A stretch of DNA of 64,000 nucleotides. It comes from an uncultured Christensenella sp. GTDB taxonomy: Bacteria > Bacillota > Clostridia > Christensenellales > Borkfalkiaceae. The stretch lies in NCBI GenBank assembly GCA_910578065.1, contig CAJTPB010000009.1, positions 17,149 through 81,148 on the forward strand, in the 5' to 3' direction. Position 1 is the stretch's first letter, and each line of letters begins with the position of its first letter. The notes under the pieces were generated by a model that worked only from the letters and a program-made list of their open reading frames with translations, did no database searches and was not told the DNA's origin. A program made the position numbers and the translations under genes. Shown here in pieces: positions 33,157-42,870 of this stretch.

Positions 33157-34481
33157 AAGAATTTTACGGCGAAGAATATTTGTTAAACGGCGAAAGCGCG
33201 AAAAAAATTTTTTCCGCGGTGAAAGATTTGCCGATCATAGACTATCACTGTCATTTAAACGAAAAGCTGATCGCTCAAAACGCGGGCTTTCAAACGATCG
33301 GCGAACTTTGGCTTGCGGGCGATCACTATAAATGGCGCGCCATGCGCCTGTGCGGCGTAGACGAGGAATATATCACGGGCAAAAAAAGCGATCGCGAAAA
33401 GTTTTTCGCCTACGCGAAAATATTGCCCATGCTCGCGGGCAATCCGCTTTACGCTTGGTCGCATCGGGAACTGCGCGAACTGTTTGCGATTAAAGAACCT
33501 TTAAACGGCGACAGCGCTCAACGCATATGGGATGAAGCAAACGAACGGTTAAAGGGGTTGCGCCCGCGCGATTTGTTGAAAAAATTCGGCGTGGAATATG
33601 TCGCCACAACGGACGATCCCGTAAGCGATTTAAGCGCGCACGGCGTGTACGGCGGCACGAAAGTCGCGCCCACCTTCCGTCCCGATCGGCTGTATTCGCT
33701 CGAAGAAGATTACATAAAACGGCTGGGCGCAAGCGCGGGCGAAGAGATATCGACGCTCGATAACCTGCTTTCCGCAATCGAAAAGCGATTAAATTATTTT
33801 GTTGTAAAAGGGTGTAAAATTTCCGATCACGGATTCGAAAAATTTCCGCACGGTTACGCTTCTTACGAAGAGGCGAAGAGGCTGTTTGAACGCCGCGCGG
33901 CGTTGCGCGCGGAAGAAAAAGACGCCTTTTTCGGCTTCCTTTTGGTATGGCTTTCAAAGCAGTATCAAAAAAGGGGCATGATCATGCAGCTGCATTTTTC
34001 CGTCGTGCGCAACAACAATGCGCAAATGTTTCGATCGTGCGGGGCAGACAGCGGATTCGATTTGATGAGCGGGGAACAAAACGTAACCGATTTGATCGCC
34101 TTCCTCAATCAAATGCAGGAAGAAGAACGCCCGCAAACTATTTTGTATCCGCTAAACGACAACAACCTTTCCGCGATTGCGGCGGTAACGGGCGCCTTCC
34201 GCAATGTAAAAATGGGCGCGGCGTGGTGGTTTAACGACAGCGTGCAAGGCATCAAAAAAAATCTTTCCGTCGTTGCGGAATATTCCGCATTGGGAAGCAG
34301 TTTGGGCATGCTTACAGACAGCCGTTCCTTTTCCTCTTACGTGCGGTTCGGCTTTTTCCGCAGGATCCTTTCCGATTATCTGGGCGGGCTTGTCGAAGGC
34401 GGCGAATACCCGTTGGATCAAGCGATCGAAACGGCGAAAAACATCTGCTATTTTAACGTTAAGGAGGCGCTCGGGCTATGA
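33153..34481 (+). CDS. uxaC: Glucuronate (uronate) isomerase
   Basis: LPIIDYHCHL, GDHYKWRAMR, MQLHFSVVRNNN. Confidence 0.9.
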   Translation: MKEFYGEEYLLNGESAKKIFSAVKDLPIIDYHCHLNEKLIAQNAGFQTIGELWLAGDHYKWRAMRLCGVDEEYITGKKSDREKFFAYAKILPMLAGNPLYAWSHRELRELFAIKEPLNGDSAQRIWDEANERLKGLRPRDLLKKFGVEYVATTDDPVSDLSAHGVYGGTKVAPTFRPDRLYSLEEDYIKRLGASAGEEISTLDNLLSAIEKRLNYFVVKGCKISDHGFEKFPHGYASYEEAKRLFERRAALRAEEKDAFFGFLLVWLSKQYQKRGMIMQLHFSVVRNNNAQMFRSCGADSGFDLMSGEQNVTDLIAFLNQMQEEERPQTILYPLNDNNLSAIAAVTGAFRNVKMGAAWWFNDSVQGIKKNLSVVAEYSALGSSLGMLTDSRSFSSYVRFGFFRRILSDYLGGLVEGGEYPLDQAIETAKNICYFNVKEALGL

Positions 34482-35551
34482 AAATGACCTTTCGCTGGTA
34501 CGGCGAGCAGGATAGTATACCCCTGCGATTTATCAAACAAATTCCCAACGTGAGCGGCGTTGTTACGGCGGTGTACGATACCCCCGTGGGCGAAGTCTGG
34601 CAGGAAGAAAAAATCGCGCGGCTCATGCGCCTGTGCGGCGAAGCGGGGCTGGAAGCGGAAGTGATCGAATCGGTTCCCGTGCACGAAGATATCAAACTCG
34701 GCAAGCCCTCACGCGATCGGCTTATCGCAAATTACGCGCAGACCATTCGCAATTTGGGCAAGTTCGGGGTAAAGTGCGTTTGCTATAACTTTATGCCCGT
34801 GTTCGATTGGCTGCGCACCGATTTAAAAACGCCCGCAAGCGACGGAAGCACTTCCCTTTCTTACAGCCACGAAGCGCTGTTAAAGCTCGATCCGAAAAAT
34901 TTGCATCTTCCCGGGTGGGACGAAAGTTACACTTCGGAAGAGTTGAACGGGTTGCTTGCGGAATACAAGCGGATCACGCACGAAAAACTGTTTGAAAATT
35001 TGGTATATTTTTTAAACGGGATCATGCCCGCCTGCGACGAAGCGGGCATAAATATGGCGATCCATCCCGACGATCCCCCTTGGGATATGTTCGGTCTGCC
35101 GCGCATTGTTACGGGCGAACAAAGTTATGATAAAATGATAAACGCCGTGCCGAATAAGCACAACGGATTTACTTTTTGCACGGGCAGTTTGGGCGCGGGG
35201 CGGGGAAACGATTTGCTCGCCATGGCAAAAAAATACGCACGGCGCATTTACTTTGCGCATATCCGCCAGCTGAAGTACTGCGGCGAAAAGGACTTTATCG
35301 AAGCGGGGCACTTAACGGATGCGGGCGATTTGGATATTTACGCGGTCGTAAAGGCGCTGATCGAGGGCGGATTTTGCGGCTACGTGCGCCCCGACCACGG
35401 CAGAAACATTTGGGGAGAGAACGGCAAAGCGGGCTACGGCTTATACGACAGAGCACTTGGCGCGTGCTATTTGAACGGTCTGTTCGAGGCGATCGAAAAA
35501 ACCGTTCGTAACGCAGGCGTTGAAAAAAAATTAACGGAGAAAACAAGATGA
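34478..35551 (+). CDS. uxuA: Mannonate dehydratase
   Basis: MKMTFRWYGEQDSIPLRFIKQIP, CYNFMPVFDWLRTD, HPDDPPW. Confidence 0.9.
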   Translation: MKMTFRWYGEQDSIPLRFIKQIPNVSGVVTAVYDTPVGEVWQEEKIARLMRLCGEAGLEAEVIESVPVHEDIKLGKPSRDRLIANYAQTIRNLGKFGVKCVCYNFMPVFDWLRTDLKTPASDGSTSLSYSHEALLKLDPKNLHLPGWDESYTSEELNGLLAEYKRITHEKLFENLVYFLNGIMPACDEAGINMAIHPDDPPWDMFGLPRIVTGEQSYDKMINAVPNKHNGFTFCTGSLGAGRGNDLLAMAKKYARRIYFAHIRQLKYCGEKDFIEAGHLTDAGDLDIYAVVKALIEGGFCGYVRPDHGRNIWGENGKAGYGLYDRALGACYLNGLFEAIEKTVRNAGVEKKLTEKTR

Positions 35552-36378
35552 AATTACCCTTTCAAATCGATTTAAAAGGCAAAACGGCGGTTATCACGGG
35601 CGCGGGCGGCGTGTTGATGAGCGAGTTTGCAAAAGCGCTCGGCGCGTGCGGAGCAAACGTCGCGCTGCTCGATATCGATTACGAGGCGGCGGAAAAAGCC
35701 GCAAAAAAGATAGGCGAAAACGCCGTTGCGGTGCGGTGCAACTGTTTGGATAAGGCGAGCGTGGAAGAGGCGAAAAACGCCGTTAACGAAGCGTTCGGGC
35801 GGGTGGATATTTTGATCAACGGCGCGGGCGGAAACAACCCCAAAGCCACTTGCGATAACGAAACGATGTCGCCCGATTTAAGCGGGGTGAAAGACTTTTT
35901 CGCCCTCGACGAAAGCGGGTTGAAATTCGTATTCGATTTAAATATCACGTCGGCATTTCTCGTAACGCAGGCGTTTGCAAAAGATATGGTTATCTCGGGG
36001 GGGAATATCATTAACGTTTCGTCGATGAACGCATTCCGTCCGCTGACGAAAATCCCCGCGTATTCTGCGGCAAAGGCGGGAATTTCTAACTTTACGCAAT
36101 GGCTTGCCGTGCACTTTGCGCCCTGCAACATTCGCTGCAACGCGATCGCGCCGGGGTTTTTCGTAACCAATCAAAACAGGTCGCTTTTATACGACGAAGC
36201 GGGCGCGCCCACGGCGCGTACGGGCAAAATTTTAAACGCCACGCCCATGAAAAAATTCGGCGAAACGTCCGATCTGATCGGTACGTTGTTATGGCTTTCC
36301 AGCGACGAAGCGAGCGGATTTGTTACGGGCACGGTGATTCCCGTAGACGGCGGTTTTTCGGCGTACAGCGGGGTTTAA
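35548..36378 (+). CDS. SDR family oxidoreductase (likely the short-chain type mannonate/fructuronate reductase)
   Basis: TGAGGVLM glycine motif and YSAAK catalytic motif. It sits between uxuA and eda. Confidence 0.75.
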   Translation: MKLPFQIDLKGKTAVITGAGGVLMSEFAKALGACGANVALLDIDYEAAEKAAKKIGENAVAVRCNCLDKASVEEAKNAVNEAFGRVDILINGAGGNNPKATCDNETMSPDLSGVKDFFALDESGLKFVFDLNITSAFLVTQAFAKDMVISGGNIINVSSMNAFRPLTKIPAYSAAKAGISNFTQWLAVHFAPCNIRCNAIAPGFFVTNQNRSLLYDEAGAPTARTGKILNATPMKKFGETSDLIGTLLWLSSDEASGFVTGTVIPVDGGFSAYSGV

Positions 36379-36500
36379 CCGCAGATTTGCGCGCGGTGGA
36401 ATTGCGGTATGACGCGCGCCTTTGCGGCAGCTCTTCGCACAGAAAAATAAAACGGCGTTGCATCGTGCAAAAGCGCCGTAAAAAACAAAAGGAAACGTTT

Positions 36501-37052
36501 ATGGAACAGTTAATACCCGTCGTCGTTATCAAACAGATCGGCGATACGGAACGATACATGCAGGCATTGCTGCACAGCGGCGTAAACTGTGCGGAAATCA
36601 CCTTTCGCACCGATTGCGCCGAGCAGGCGATCGAACTTGCCGCGCGGCAGTTTCCGCAAATGGAAATCGGCGCGGGAACGGTAATCAACGGCGATCAGGC
36701 GCGGCGCGCCCTTGCGGCGGGGGCGAAATTTATTGTTTCGCCCGGGCTTTCGGAAGAAGTCGCTTTCATCTGCGCGCAGAAAAATATTCCCTATTATCCC
36801 GGTTGCGTAACACCGACGGAAATTATGAAAGCGATCTCGCTTGGGATTCATACGGTAAAATTTTTCCCCGCCAACGTATACGGGGGGCTTGCGGCGATGA
36901 AGGCGTTAAGCGCGCCCTTTCCGCAAATCAAGTTTATTCCCACGGGCGGGGTAAACCGCGAAAATTTAAACGAATTTTTAAGTTGGGAAAAAGTCGCCGC
37001 AGTGGGCGGTAGTTTTATTATGGAGGAAGCGTTAAAATCATGGCAAAAGTAA
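36501..37052 (+). CDS. eda: 2-dehydro-3-deoxyphosphogluconate (KDPG/KHG) aldolase
   Basis: ATG at 36501 (MEQLIPVVVIK), CAEITFRT, GAGTV, VKFFPA, TGGV. The listed upstream ORF extension overlaps the SDR gene. Confidence 0.8.
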   Translation: MEQLIPVVVIKQIGDTERYMQALLHSGVNCAEITFRTDCAEQAIELAARQFPQMEIGAGTVINGDQARRALAAGAKFIVSPGLSEEVAFICAQKNIPYYPGCVTPTEIMKAISLGIHTVKFFPANVYGGLAAMKALSAPFPQIKFIPTGGVNRENLNEFLSWEKVAAVGGSFIMEEALKSWQK

Positions 37053-38062
37053 TTACATTCGGCGAGTTGATGCTAAGGCTCGCGCCCGAAAACTACATGC
37101 GGTTTGTACAAAGCGAACGGTACGAAGCGACGTTCGGCGGCGCGGAAGCGAACGTTGCGGTATCGCTTGCAAATTACGGGGCGGAAGCGGCGTTCGTTAC
37201 CAAACTGCCCGCGCACGAAATCGGGCAGGCGGCGGTCAATTCTCTGCGCAAGTTCGGCGTGGATACAAGCAAGATCGTACGCGGCGGCGATCGGGTGGGT
37301 ATTTACTATTGCGAAAAGGGCGCCTCGCAGCGTCCGAGCAAAGTGATATACGATAGGGCGTACTCTGCCATTTCGCTTGCCGAGCGGGGCGACTTCGATT
37401 GGGAAACAATTTTAAACGGCGCGAAGTGGTTTCACTTTACCGGCATTACGCCCGCCCTTAGCGACAACGCAGCCCAAATCTGTTTGGATGCGTGCAAAAA
37501 AGCGAAAGAAAAAAAGATAACGGTATCTTGCGATCTTAACTTCCGCAAAAAGCTGTGGAGCAAGCAAAAGGCGGGCGAGGTAATGGGCAAGCTTTGTAAG
37601 TACGTCGATTACTGTATCGCGAACGAAGAAGACGCGAAAGACGTGTTCGGAATACAGGCGGAAAACAGCGATATCGAGGGGGGAACGCTCGATAAAAACG
37701 GGTATGTTTCGGTTGCGAAAAAGCTGACGGAAGCGTTCGGCTTTAAGGGGGTTGCGATCACCCTGCGCGAAAGCAAAAGCGCAAACGATAACGATTGGTC
37801 GGGCATGCTGTATACGGGCGGCGCGGGGTATTTTTCTAAAAAATATCCCATTCATATCGTCGACAGAGTGGGCGGCGGCGACAGCTTCGGCGGGGGGCTG
37901 ATTTACGCCCTTTTAAACGGATATCAACCGCAGCGCGCAATCGAATTTGCGGTTGCCGCGAGCTGCTTAAAACACACCGTAGAGGGGGATTATAATTTGG
38001 TTTCCCTTGCCGAAGCGGAAGCCTTGGCGAACGGAAACGCAAGCGGCAGGGTACAGCGATAA
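37040..38062 (+). CDS. kdgK: 2-dehydro-3-deoxygluconokinase (PfkB family)
   Basis: FGELMLRL, FGGAEANVAVSLA, and C-terminal VDRVGGGDSFGGGLIY. Confidence 0.85.
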   Translation: MAKVITFGELMLRLAPENYMRFVQSERYEATFGGAEANVAVSLANYGAEAAFVTKLPAHEIGQAAVNSLRKFGVDTSKIVRGGDRVGIYYCEKGASQRPSKVIYDRAYSAISLAERGDFDWETILNGAKWFHFTGITPALSDNAAQICLDACKKAKEKKITVSCDLNFRKKLWSKQKAGEVMGKLCKYVDYCIANEEDAKDVFGIQAENSDIEGGTLDKNGYVSVAKKLTEAFGFKGVAITLRESKSANDNDWSGMLYTGGAGYFSKKYPIHIVDRVGGGDSFGGGLIYALLNGYQPQRAIEFAVAASCLKHTVEGDYNLVSLAEAEALANGNASGRVQR

Positions 38063-38110
38063 ATTAAAACAGCCGTTCATTTGTGCCGAAAGGGATTTGC
38101 CCAATCGCAT

Positions 38111-38131
38111 ATAGGTGCACTATTTGCGCAC
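38111..38131 (+). promoter_or_regulatory. 21-bp motif ATAGGTGCACTATTTGCGCAC (left copy); candidate AraC operator
   Basis: Its perfect reverse complement recurs at 40083-40103. This copy lies ~40-60 bp upstream of the TATAAT at 38171-38176. Confidence 0.45.
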
Positions 38132-38139
38132 AAACAAAA

Positions 38140-38167
38140 AACGCCATTTACAAAATGGCGTTTTTCT
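38140..38167 (+). terminator. Rho-independent terminator after kdgK
   Basis: AACGCCATT-TACAA-AATGGCGTT followed by TTTCTC. Confidence 0.8.
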
Positions 38168-38224
38168 CTTATAATCAGGTCAAAATTTACGCAAGCGGGT
38201 TTCCGCTGAACGGGAAGGAACATT

Positions 38225-39121
38225 ATGTTATTTACAGAAAAGAACGGTTCGCGCGCGGCGTATTCCAAAGATCCCGCCGTGGTAAAGGTAGGAAAAAAGT
38301 ACTTTTTGTATTTTTCTTCCTATTACGAAGACGGTGGAAGGGAAAAGCTGGGCATTGGAATTGCAACGTCGAACGACGGCGAACGTTGGTCGTCGGCGGG
38401 AAAGATCCCGCTTACGCAGGAATGCGAAAAAAACGGAATCGGCGCGCCTGCGGCGATCGTATTGCAAGGGAAAGTGCATTTATTTTACCAAAGCTACGGA
38501 AACTGGAAGAGGGATGCGATTTTGCACGCCGTATCCGACGACGGACTGCATTTTGAAAAAGACGAAAGTAACCCCGTATTCCGCCCTACGGAAGATTGGT
38601 GCGCGGGGCGCGCGATCGACGCGGACGTAGTGCCCTTTCAAGGAAAGCTGTACCTCTATTTCGCCACGCGCGATTTTGACATGCAGGTGCAAATGGTGGG
38701 CGTTGCGGTTGCCGATTTAAACGGCGATTTTTCGCGCGGGTGCTGGCAGCAAGGCGTTGCCGCCCCCGTATTGAAACCCGAATACGCGTGGGAGGGGGAA
38801 TGTATCGAAGCGCCTGCGACCGTCGTGCACGATAATAAAATTTATCTGTTTTACGGCGGATCGTACAACTGTACGCCCCAGCAAATCGGTGCGGCGGTTT
38901 CGGAAGACGGCGTTCATTTTAAAAAGCTGTTTCAAGAACCCTTTCTGCGCGCAGGGGAAGCGGGCAGCTGGAACAGCAGCGAATCGGGGCACCCTTACGT
39001 GTTTCGCGACGACGACGGAAAGGTATGGCTGTACTATCAGGGATCGGGCGATCAAGGGGAAAGCTGGTACCTTTCCAAATGCGAAATCGGCTTTTGCGAA
39101 GGGCTTCCCCGCATTCTTTAA
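38225..39121 (+). CDS. Five-bladed beta-propeller glycoside hydrolase (GH43/GH130-like), cytoplasmic
   Basis: Five repeats of a hydrophobic strand followed by LYF/LFY (YFLYFSS, VHLFYQS, LYLYFAT, IYLFYGG, VWLYYQG). No signal peptide. Confidence 0.6.
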   Translation: MLFTEKNGSRAAYSKDPAVVKVGKKYFLYFSSYYEDGGREKLGIGIATSNDGERWSSAGKIPLTQECEKNGIGAPAAIVLQGKVHLFYQSYGNWKRDAILHAVSDDGLHFEKDESNPVFRPTEDWCAGRAIDADVVPFQGKLYLYFATRDFDMQVQMVGVAVADLNGDFSRGCWQQGVAAPVLKPEYAWEGECIEAPATVVHDNKIYLFYGGSYNCTPQQIGAAVSEDGVHFKKLFQEPFLRAGEAGSWNSSESGHPYVFRDDDGKVWLYYQGSGDQGESWYLSKCEIGFCEGLPRIL

Positions 39122-39996
39122 TCGCGGCTCCTTTGCGGAAAAGGGTGATCTGCCTGCGCCTTCATGTAAGAAGAGGGCGATTGCCCGAACGCCGCTTTAA
39201 ATTGGCGGGAAAAGTATTTTACGTTGGTAAACGAAAGCCGTTCCGCCACCTCGCTCACGTTTAAAAAGGTGGTCATAAACAGGTGTTTTGCAACGTTCAG
39301 CTTTTTATCGAGCGCGTACCGCATGGGCGGAACGCCGTACATTGCGCGGAACACCCGTTCCGTCTGCGATACGGAAAGATGCACGGCGGAAGCGATTTCG
39401 GAAAGGTCGATCCGCTCGTAAACGTTATAATCGATAAAATTTTTTGCGACGACGGCGGGATTTTCTTTCCGCTCCCGCTCGTTAAATTGGGGCGGTGCGA
39501 TCAGCTGCGCCAAGCGCAGAATACAGCAAGAAAGTTCGGTGTATGATTCCGCATCGAAAAATTCGCCCGCATGCTTGTTTGCAAGCGCAAACGCCTGTTC
39601 GAAGATGGCGCGCGCGTCTGCATGCACCACCGCCGCGCTTTCGGTAATGCCGTGCGCGGAAAGAATGCTGTCTACAAGCGAGCCTTCCACCACAAGAAAA
39701 AGTTTTTCGAACGGGTCGTCGCGGTCGGCGTAATAGGTGTGCTGTTGCAGTTTGTTTAAAAAATACAAATCGCCAGCGCGCACGGGTATGGTTTTTTCTT
39801 TCGTTTCGATATACCCTTTGCCCGAAACGACGTACTCGAAGTTATACCGCTCCCACACCGTGCCCGCCTTGCTCGAATGAACGATCAGGTAATTGGGGTT
39901 GGGCAGCGTTTTTCCCGCCATGGCGAGGTGCAGAAAGTCGTTCCCGCGGGAACGCTCGTCAAAATAGATGATCTCGTTTTTGCGATTGTTGTGCAT
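39118..39996 (-). CDS. AraC family transcriptional regulator (cupin plus HTH), probably translated from a leaderless mRNA
   Basis: ATG at 39996 (MHNNRKNEIIYFDE). C-terminal HTH LSEIASAVHLSVSQTERVFRAMYG ... FTNVKYFSRQFKAAFGQSP. Confidence 0.8.
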   Translation of the reverse strand: MHNNRKNEIIYFDERSRGNDFLHLAMAGKTLPNPNYLIVHSSKAGTVWERYNFEYVVSGKGYIETKEKTIPVRAGDLYFLNKLQQHTYYADRDDPFEKLFLVVEGSLVDSILSAHGITESAAVVHADARAIFEQAFALANKHAGEFFDAESYTELSCCILRLAQLIAPPQFNERERKENPAVVAKNFIDYNVYERIDLSEIASAVHLSVSQTERVFRAMYGVPPMRYALDKKLNVAKHLFMTTFLNVSEVAERLSFTNVKYFSRQFKAAFGQSPSSYMKAQADHPFPQRSRD

Positions 39997-40002
39997 AACG
40001 CC

Positions 40003-40031
40003 ATTATACCACCGCAGAAAAAATCTGTCAA
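40003..40031 (-). promoter_or_regulatory. Consensus promoter placed 6 nt upstream of the AraC ATG
   Basis: On the minus strand: TTGACA (40031-40026), 17 nt, TGgTATAAT (-10 at 40008-40003), GGCGTT, then ATG (39996). Confidence 0.6.
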
Positions 40032-40082
40032 TGCGAAAAAACTGCGAAAATAGTTCCATAAAACGGTAATTTATGTATTTCG

Positions 40083-40103
40083 GTGCGCAAATAGTGCACC
40101 TAT
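40083..40103 (-). promoter_or_regulatory. 21-bp motif (right, inverted copy) in the AraC/ABC divergent intergenic region
   Basis: GTGCGCAAATAGTGCACCTAT is the exact reverse complement of 38111-38131. Confidence 0.45.
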
Positions 40104-40179
40104 AAGATAAAATCGTGCGTTTACAAAGCGCGCGCGAAGTGTTACGATTAAATCGGAAAACCCGATAGGAGGAAATTTT

Positions 40180-41943
40180 ATGAAAAAACGGTTCATGGGA
40201 ATGGCGGCAACGGCGCTTTCCGCACTGATGATAGCGCCTTTATTTGCCGCTTGCGGGCAAGGCGGCGACGATATCGACTTCGACGAAAACGGAAACGTTA
40301 TCCCTTCCGATAAAACGACGATCATCAATTTTTGGGGCTGGGCGGATAAGTACGAAGAAGCGGTGTTCAACAAACTCGTTTCCAACTTTAACGAAAAGTA
40401 CAGCGGCGTGATCAAGGTAAATTACACGCCCAAGAGTTCGAGCGGATACAGCGATAATTTCGTCGTAAACATGATCGGCGGGCCGGATATCGCGTATGCG
40501 GACGAACGGTATTTTAAGTCGTACGCCGATCAAGGGGTGTTGTACGACGTTTCGGAATTTTATAAAGAAAGCGTAAAAAACTACTTTACTTCGGAAGGGA
40601 AAAACGGCTTAGACGAAGCGGACATGCTTCCCTATACGACGGACAGATACCGGTACGATCCCGTTACCACCACTTCCGAACAGACGGATCCGTTGTACGG
40701 GCTTGCAAAAGATTTGGCGCCTACGGCAATTTACTTTAATACCAAATTCTTTCAAAACGCGGGCATTACGGTGATATCCGAAACGGAAGAAAGCATTCGC
40801 GACTATAACGAGGCGCACCCGACCGCGAAGAAAAAAATAAAAGCGTATTACGAAGAAAACGGTTCGTATTACTTTAACAAATCCATCGCCATGAGCTGGC
40901 AGGAATGCGTCGATCTTTCCCGAAAACTGCAAACGGAAGGGGGCGCCGATTACGGATTCTTTTCCGAATGGTGGTTCAACTACGGCTTTACGGTGGGCGG
41001 CGACTGCATCGAATACGTTCCGACGAACGATCCCGCGTTCAACGGCGGCTATTGGGAATTTACTCTTGCGGACGAAGAAAAAAATTATATCGTAAAAGAC
41101 GGCGGTCAGCCGATCGCGGTGGGAGGCAATACCTATTCGGCGGGGCAGATCGTGGAATATAACGATAAAAAGCTGCTTACGGCGGAACAAAAGGAGCAAT
41201 GTAACGTATTGCCCTCTCAGCGGGAAGCGTTTACCGAATTCGTGCGCCTTTCGCAGGGCACCGATCAGCTGGTCGATACCGTAAGCATCGAAAACTTTTA
41301 CGGCGCGGGCGAAGGGGGCAAGCTGTACGGCTACGGCATTACGCCCGATCCCAACTCGATGAGCGAGAACAAGAACGCATACTTTTCTTCGGGCAAGGTG
41401 GCGATGCTCGTTTCCACCGCTTCCGTGCAAAGACAGTTTACCGAGAACATGCGCGGCGAAAACAAGTTTGACGTATGCCCCATGCTCGTTTACAAAGAAT
41501 ACAGCGCCGACGGCACCGAAGTGCTTGTGCACGGGGTGGAAGGGGCGCACAGCGGCTCGGTGGGGATCGTTATGAACGCGAACACCAAAAACCCCAACGC
41601 GGCGTGGCTGTTTATGGAATATATCGCAAGCAAAGAGGGGCAGGAAATTCAGGCTTCGGGCGGGTTTGCGGTTCCCTACTATAAATCGCTTGCCTACGCG
41701 CAAGACGGCGTATTTTTAAAAAGCGATTACGCCGCGGAAAACGCGATCGTCTTTGCAAAGGCGACGGCGTACGAAACGCCCGGCGACTGGTGGTATTTGA
41801 AAGATAAAAAGTGGATCGACGACTGGGCGCGCGTATTAAACAGCGACGTGCGCAACGGCAAAAAGAGTTTGACCCAATTTTACGAAAGCGCGGAATATAA
41901 AAACACGCAAAAGCTGCTCAACGCGTACACCGCGAAGAAATAA
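40180..41943 (+). CDS. Extracellular solute-binding lipoprotein of a carbohydrate ABC importer
   Basis: AGGAGG RBS, lipobox FAAC, 587 aa with family-1 SBP-like sequence, followed by two permease genes. Confidence 0.85.
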   Translation: MKKRFMGMAATALSALMIAPLFAACGQGGDDIDFDENGNVIPSDKTTIINFWGWADKYEEAVFNKLVSNFNEKYSGVIKVNYTPKSSSGYSDNFVVNMIGGPDIAYADERYFKSYADQGVLYDVSEFYKESVKNYFTSEGKNGLDEADMLPYTTDRYRYDPVTTTSEQTDPLYGLAKDLAPTAIYFNTKFFQNAGITVISETEESIRDYNEAHPTAKKKIKAYYEENGSYYFNKSIAMSWQECVDLSRKLQTEGGADYGFFSEWWFNYGFTVGGDCIEYVPTNDPAFNGGYWEFTLADEEKNYIVKDGGQPIAVGGNTYSAGQIVEYNDKKLLTAEQKEQCNVLPSQREAFTEFVRLSQGTDQLVDTVSIENFYGAGEGGKLYGYGITPDPNSMSENKNAYFSSGKVAMLVSTASVQRQFTENMRGENKFDVCPMLVYKEYSADGTEVLVHGVEGAHSGSVGIVMNANTKNPNAAWLFMEYIASKEGQEIQASGGFAVPYYKSLAYAQDGVFLKSDYAAENAIVFAKATAYETPGDWWYLKDKKWIDDWARVLNSDVRNGKKSLTQFYESAEYKNTQKLLNAYTAKK

Positions 41944-41952
41944 GGAGAAAGT

Positions 41953-42870
41953 ATGAACATACCCGAAAAACGTACGCCCCGCGCAAAGCGCGCCAAGCGT
42001 GCGCGGAACGAGGAGATCTGCGGCACGATCATGGCGTTTCTGCCCGTGCTGCGCTGTATTCTGTTCAGCCTCGTTCCCATGGCGCTCGCCTTTATCATGG
42101 CGTTTTATAAAATGAAAACGCCCGTGTCGTTTGCGGGCGCAGAGTTCGTTTTGTTCGACAATTTCAAGGCGATTTTTTCCGATCCCAACTTCGGCACGGC
42201 GCTTTTAAACACGCTGATTTACGCGGTTACGTTACCCGTTTCCGTGGTGTTCGCGCTGCTGCTCGCTTCCGCGCTGAATGCGGACATTAAAGGGAAAGGC
42301 GCTTTTCGCGTGATTTTGTTTTTGCCCTTCATCTGTTCTACGGTTGCCATCGTGTTTATTTTCAAGTGGCTGTACAACACCAATTACGGTATTTTAAACG
42401 TATTGTTCGGGCAGCAGATCGGCTGGCTCGATTCCCCCGCCATGTTCCGCTTTTCGCTGATCATGATGATCGTATGGTCTACGACGGGCTATAAAATGCT
42501 GCTGCTTTCGGCAAGCCTTACTTCGGTAAACACTGCCTATTACGAGGCGGCGGAAATCGACGGGGCGAACGCCTTTCAAAAATTTATTCACATTACCGTG
42601 CCCGCCGTCAGCCCCACCATCTTTTTCCTGCTCGTAACGGGGCTTGTGAACGTGCTGCAAATGTTCAGCGAAACGCAGGTAATGGATGCGACGGGCGGGC
42701 AGTCGGTAGACTACGCGGGGCTTACCGTGGTGTTTTACCTTTACCGCGAAGGGTTTAACTACAACGCCATGGGCATCGCTTCCGCCGCTTCTTGGGTGCT
42801 GTCGCTGTTGATTTTGCTGTTGACGGTGTTCAACTTTAAAATTTCCAAACTGTGGGTGCGCTATGACTGA
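41953..42870 (+). CDS. Carbohydrate ABC transporter permease (MalF/UgpA-like)
   Basis: 6 TM segments and EAA-loop region YEAAEIDGANAFQKFIHITVP. Confidence 0.85.
   Translation: MNIPEKRTPRAKRAKRARNEEICGTIMAFLPVLRCILFSLVPMALAFIMAFYKMKTPVSFAGAEFVLFDNFKAIFSDPNFGTALLNTLIYAVTLPVSVVFALLLASALNADIKGKGAFRVILFLPFICSTVAIVFIFKWLYNTNYGILNVLFGQQIGWLDSPAMFRFSLIMMIVWSTTGYKMLLLSASLTSVNTAYYEAAEIDGANAFQKFIHITVPAVSPTIFFLLVTGLVNVLQMFSETQVMDATGGQSVDYAGLTVVFYLYREGFNYNAMGIASAASWVLSLLILLLTVFNFKISKLWVRYD

Noticed and set aside
36099-36500. N-terminal extensions of eda (from 36099). The same issue arises for mtaB (from 59083), rsmE (58715), the DJ-1-like gene (60925), the GH43 gene (43672) and the TatD gene (9964).
   Set aside because: The extensions overlap the preceding genes in another frame and are Arg-rich. 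The internal ATGs have proper RBS spacing and begin the recognisable domains.
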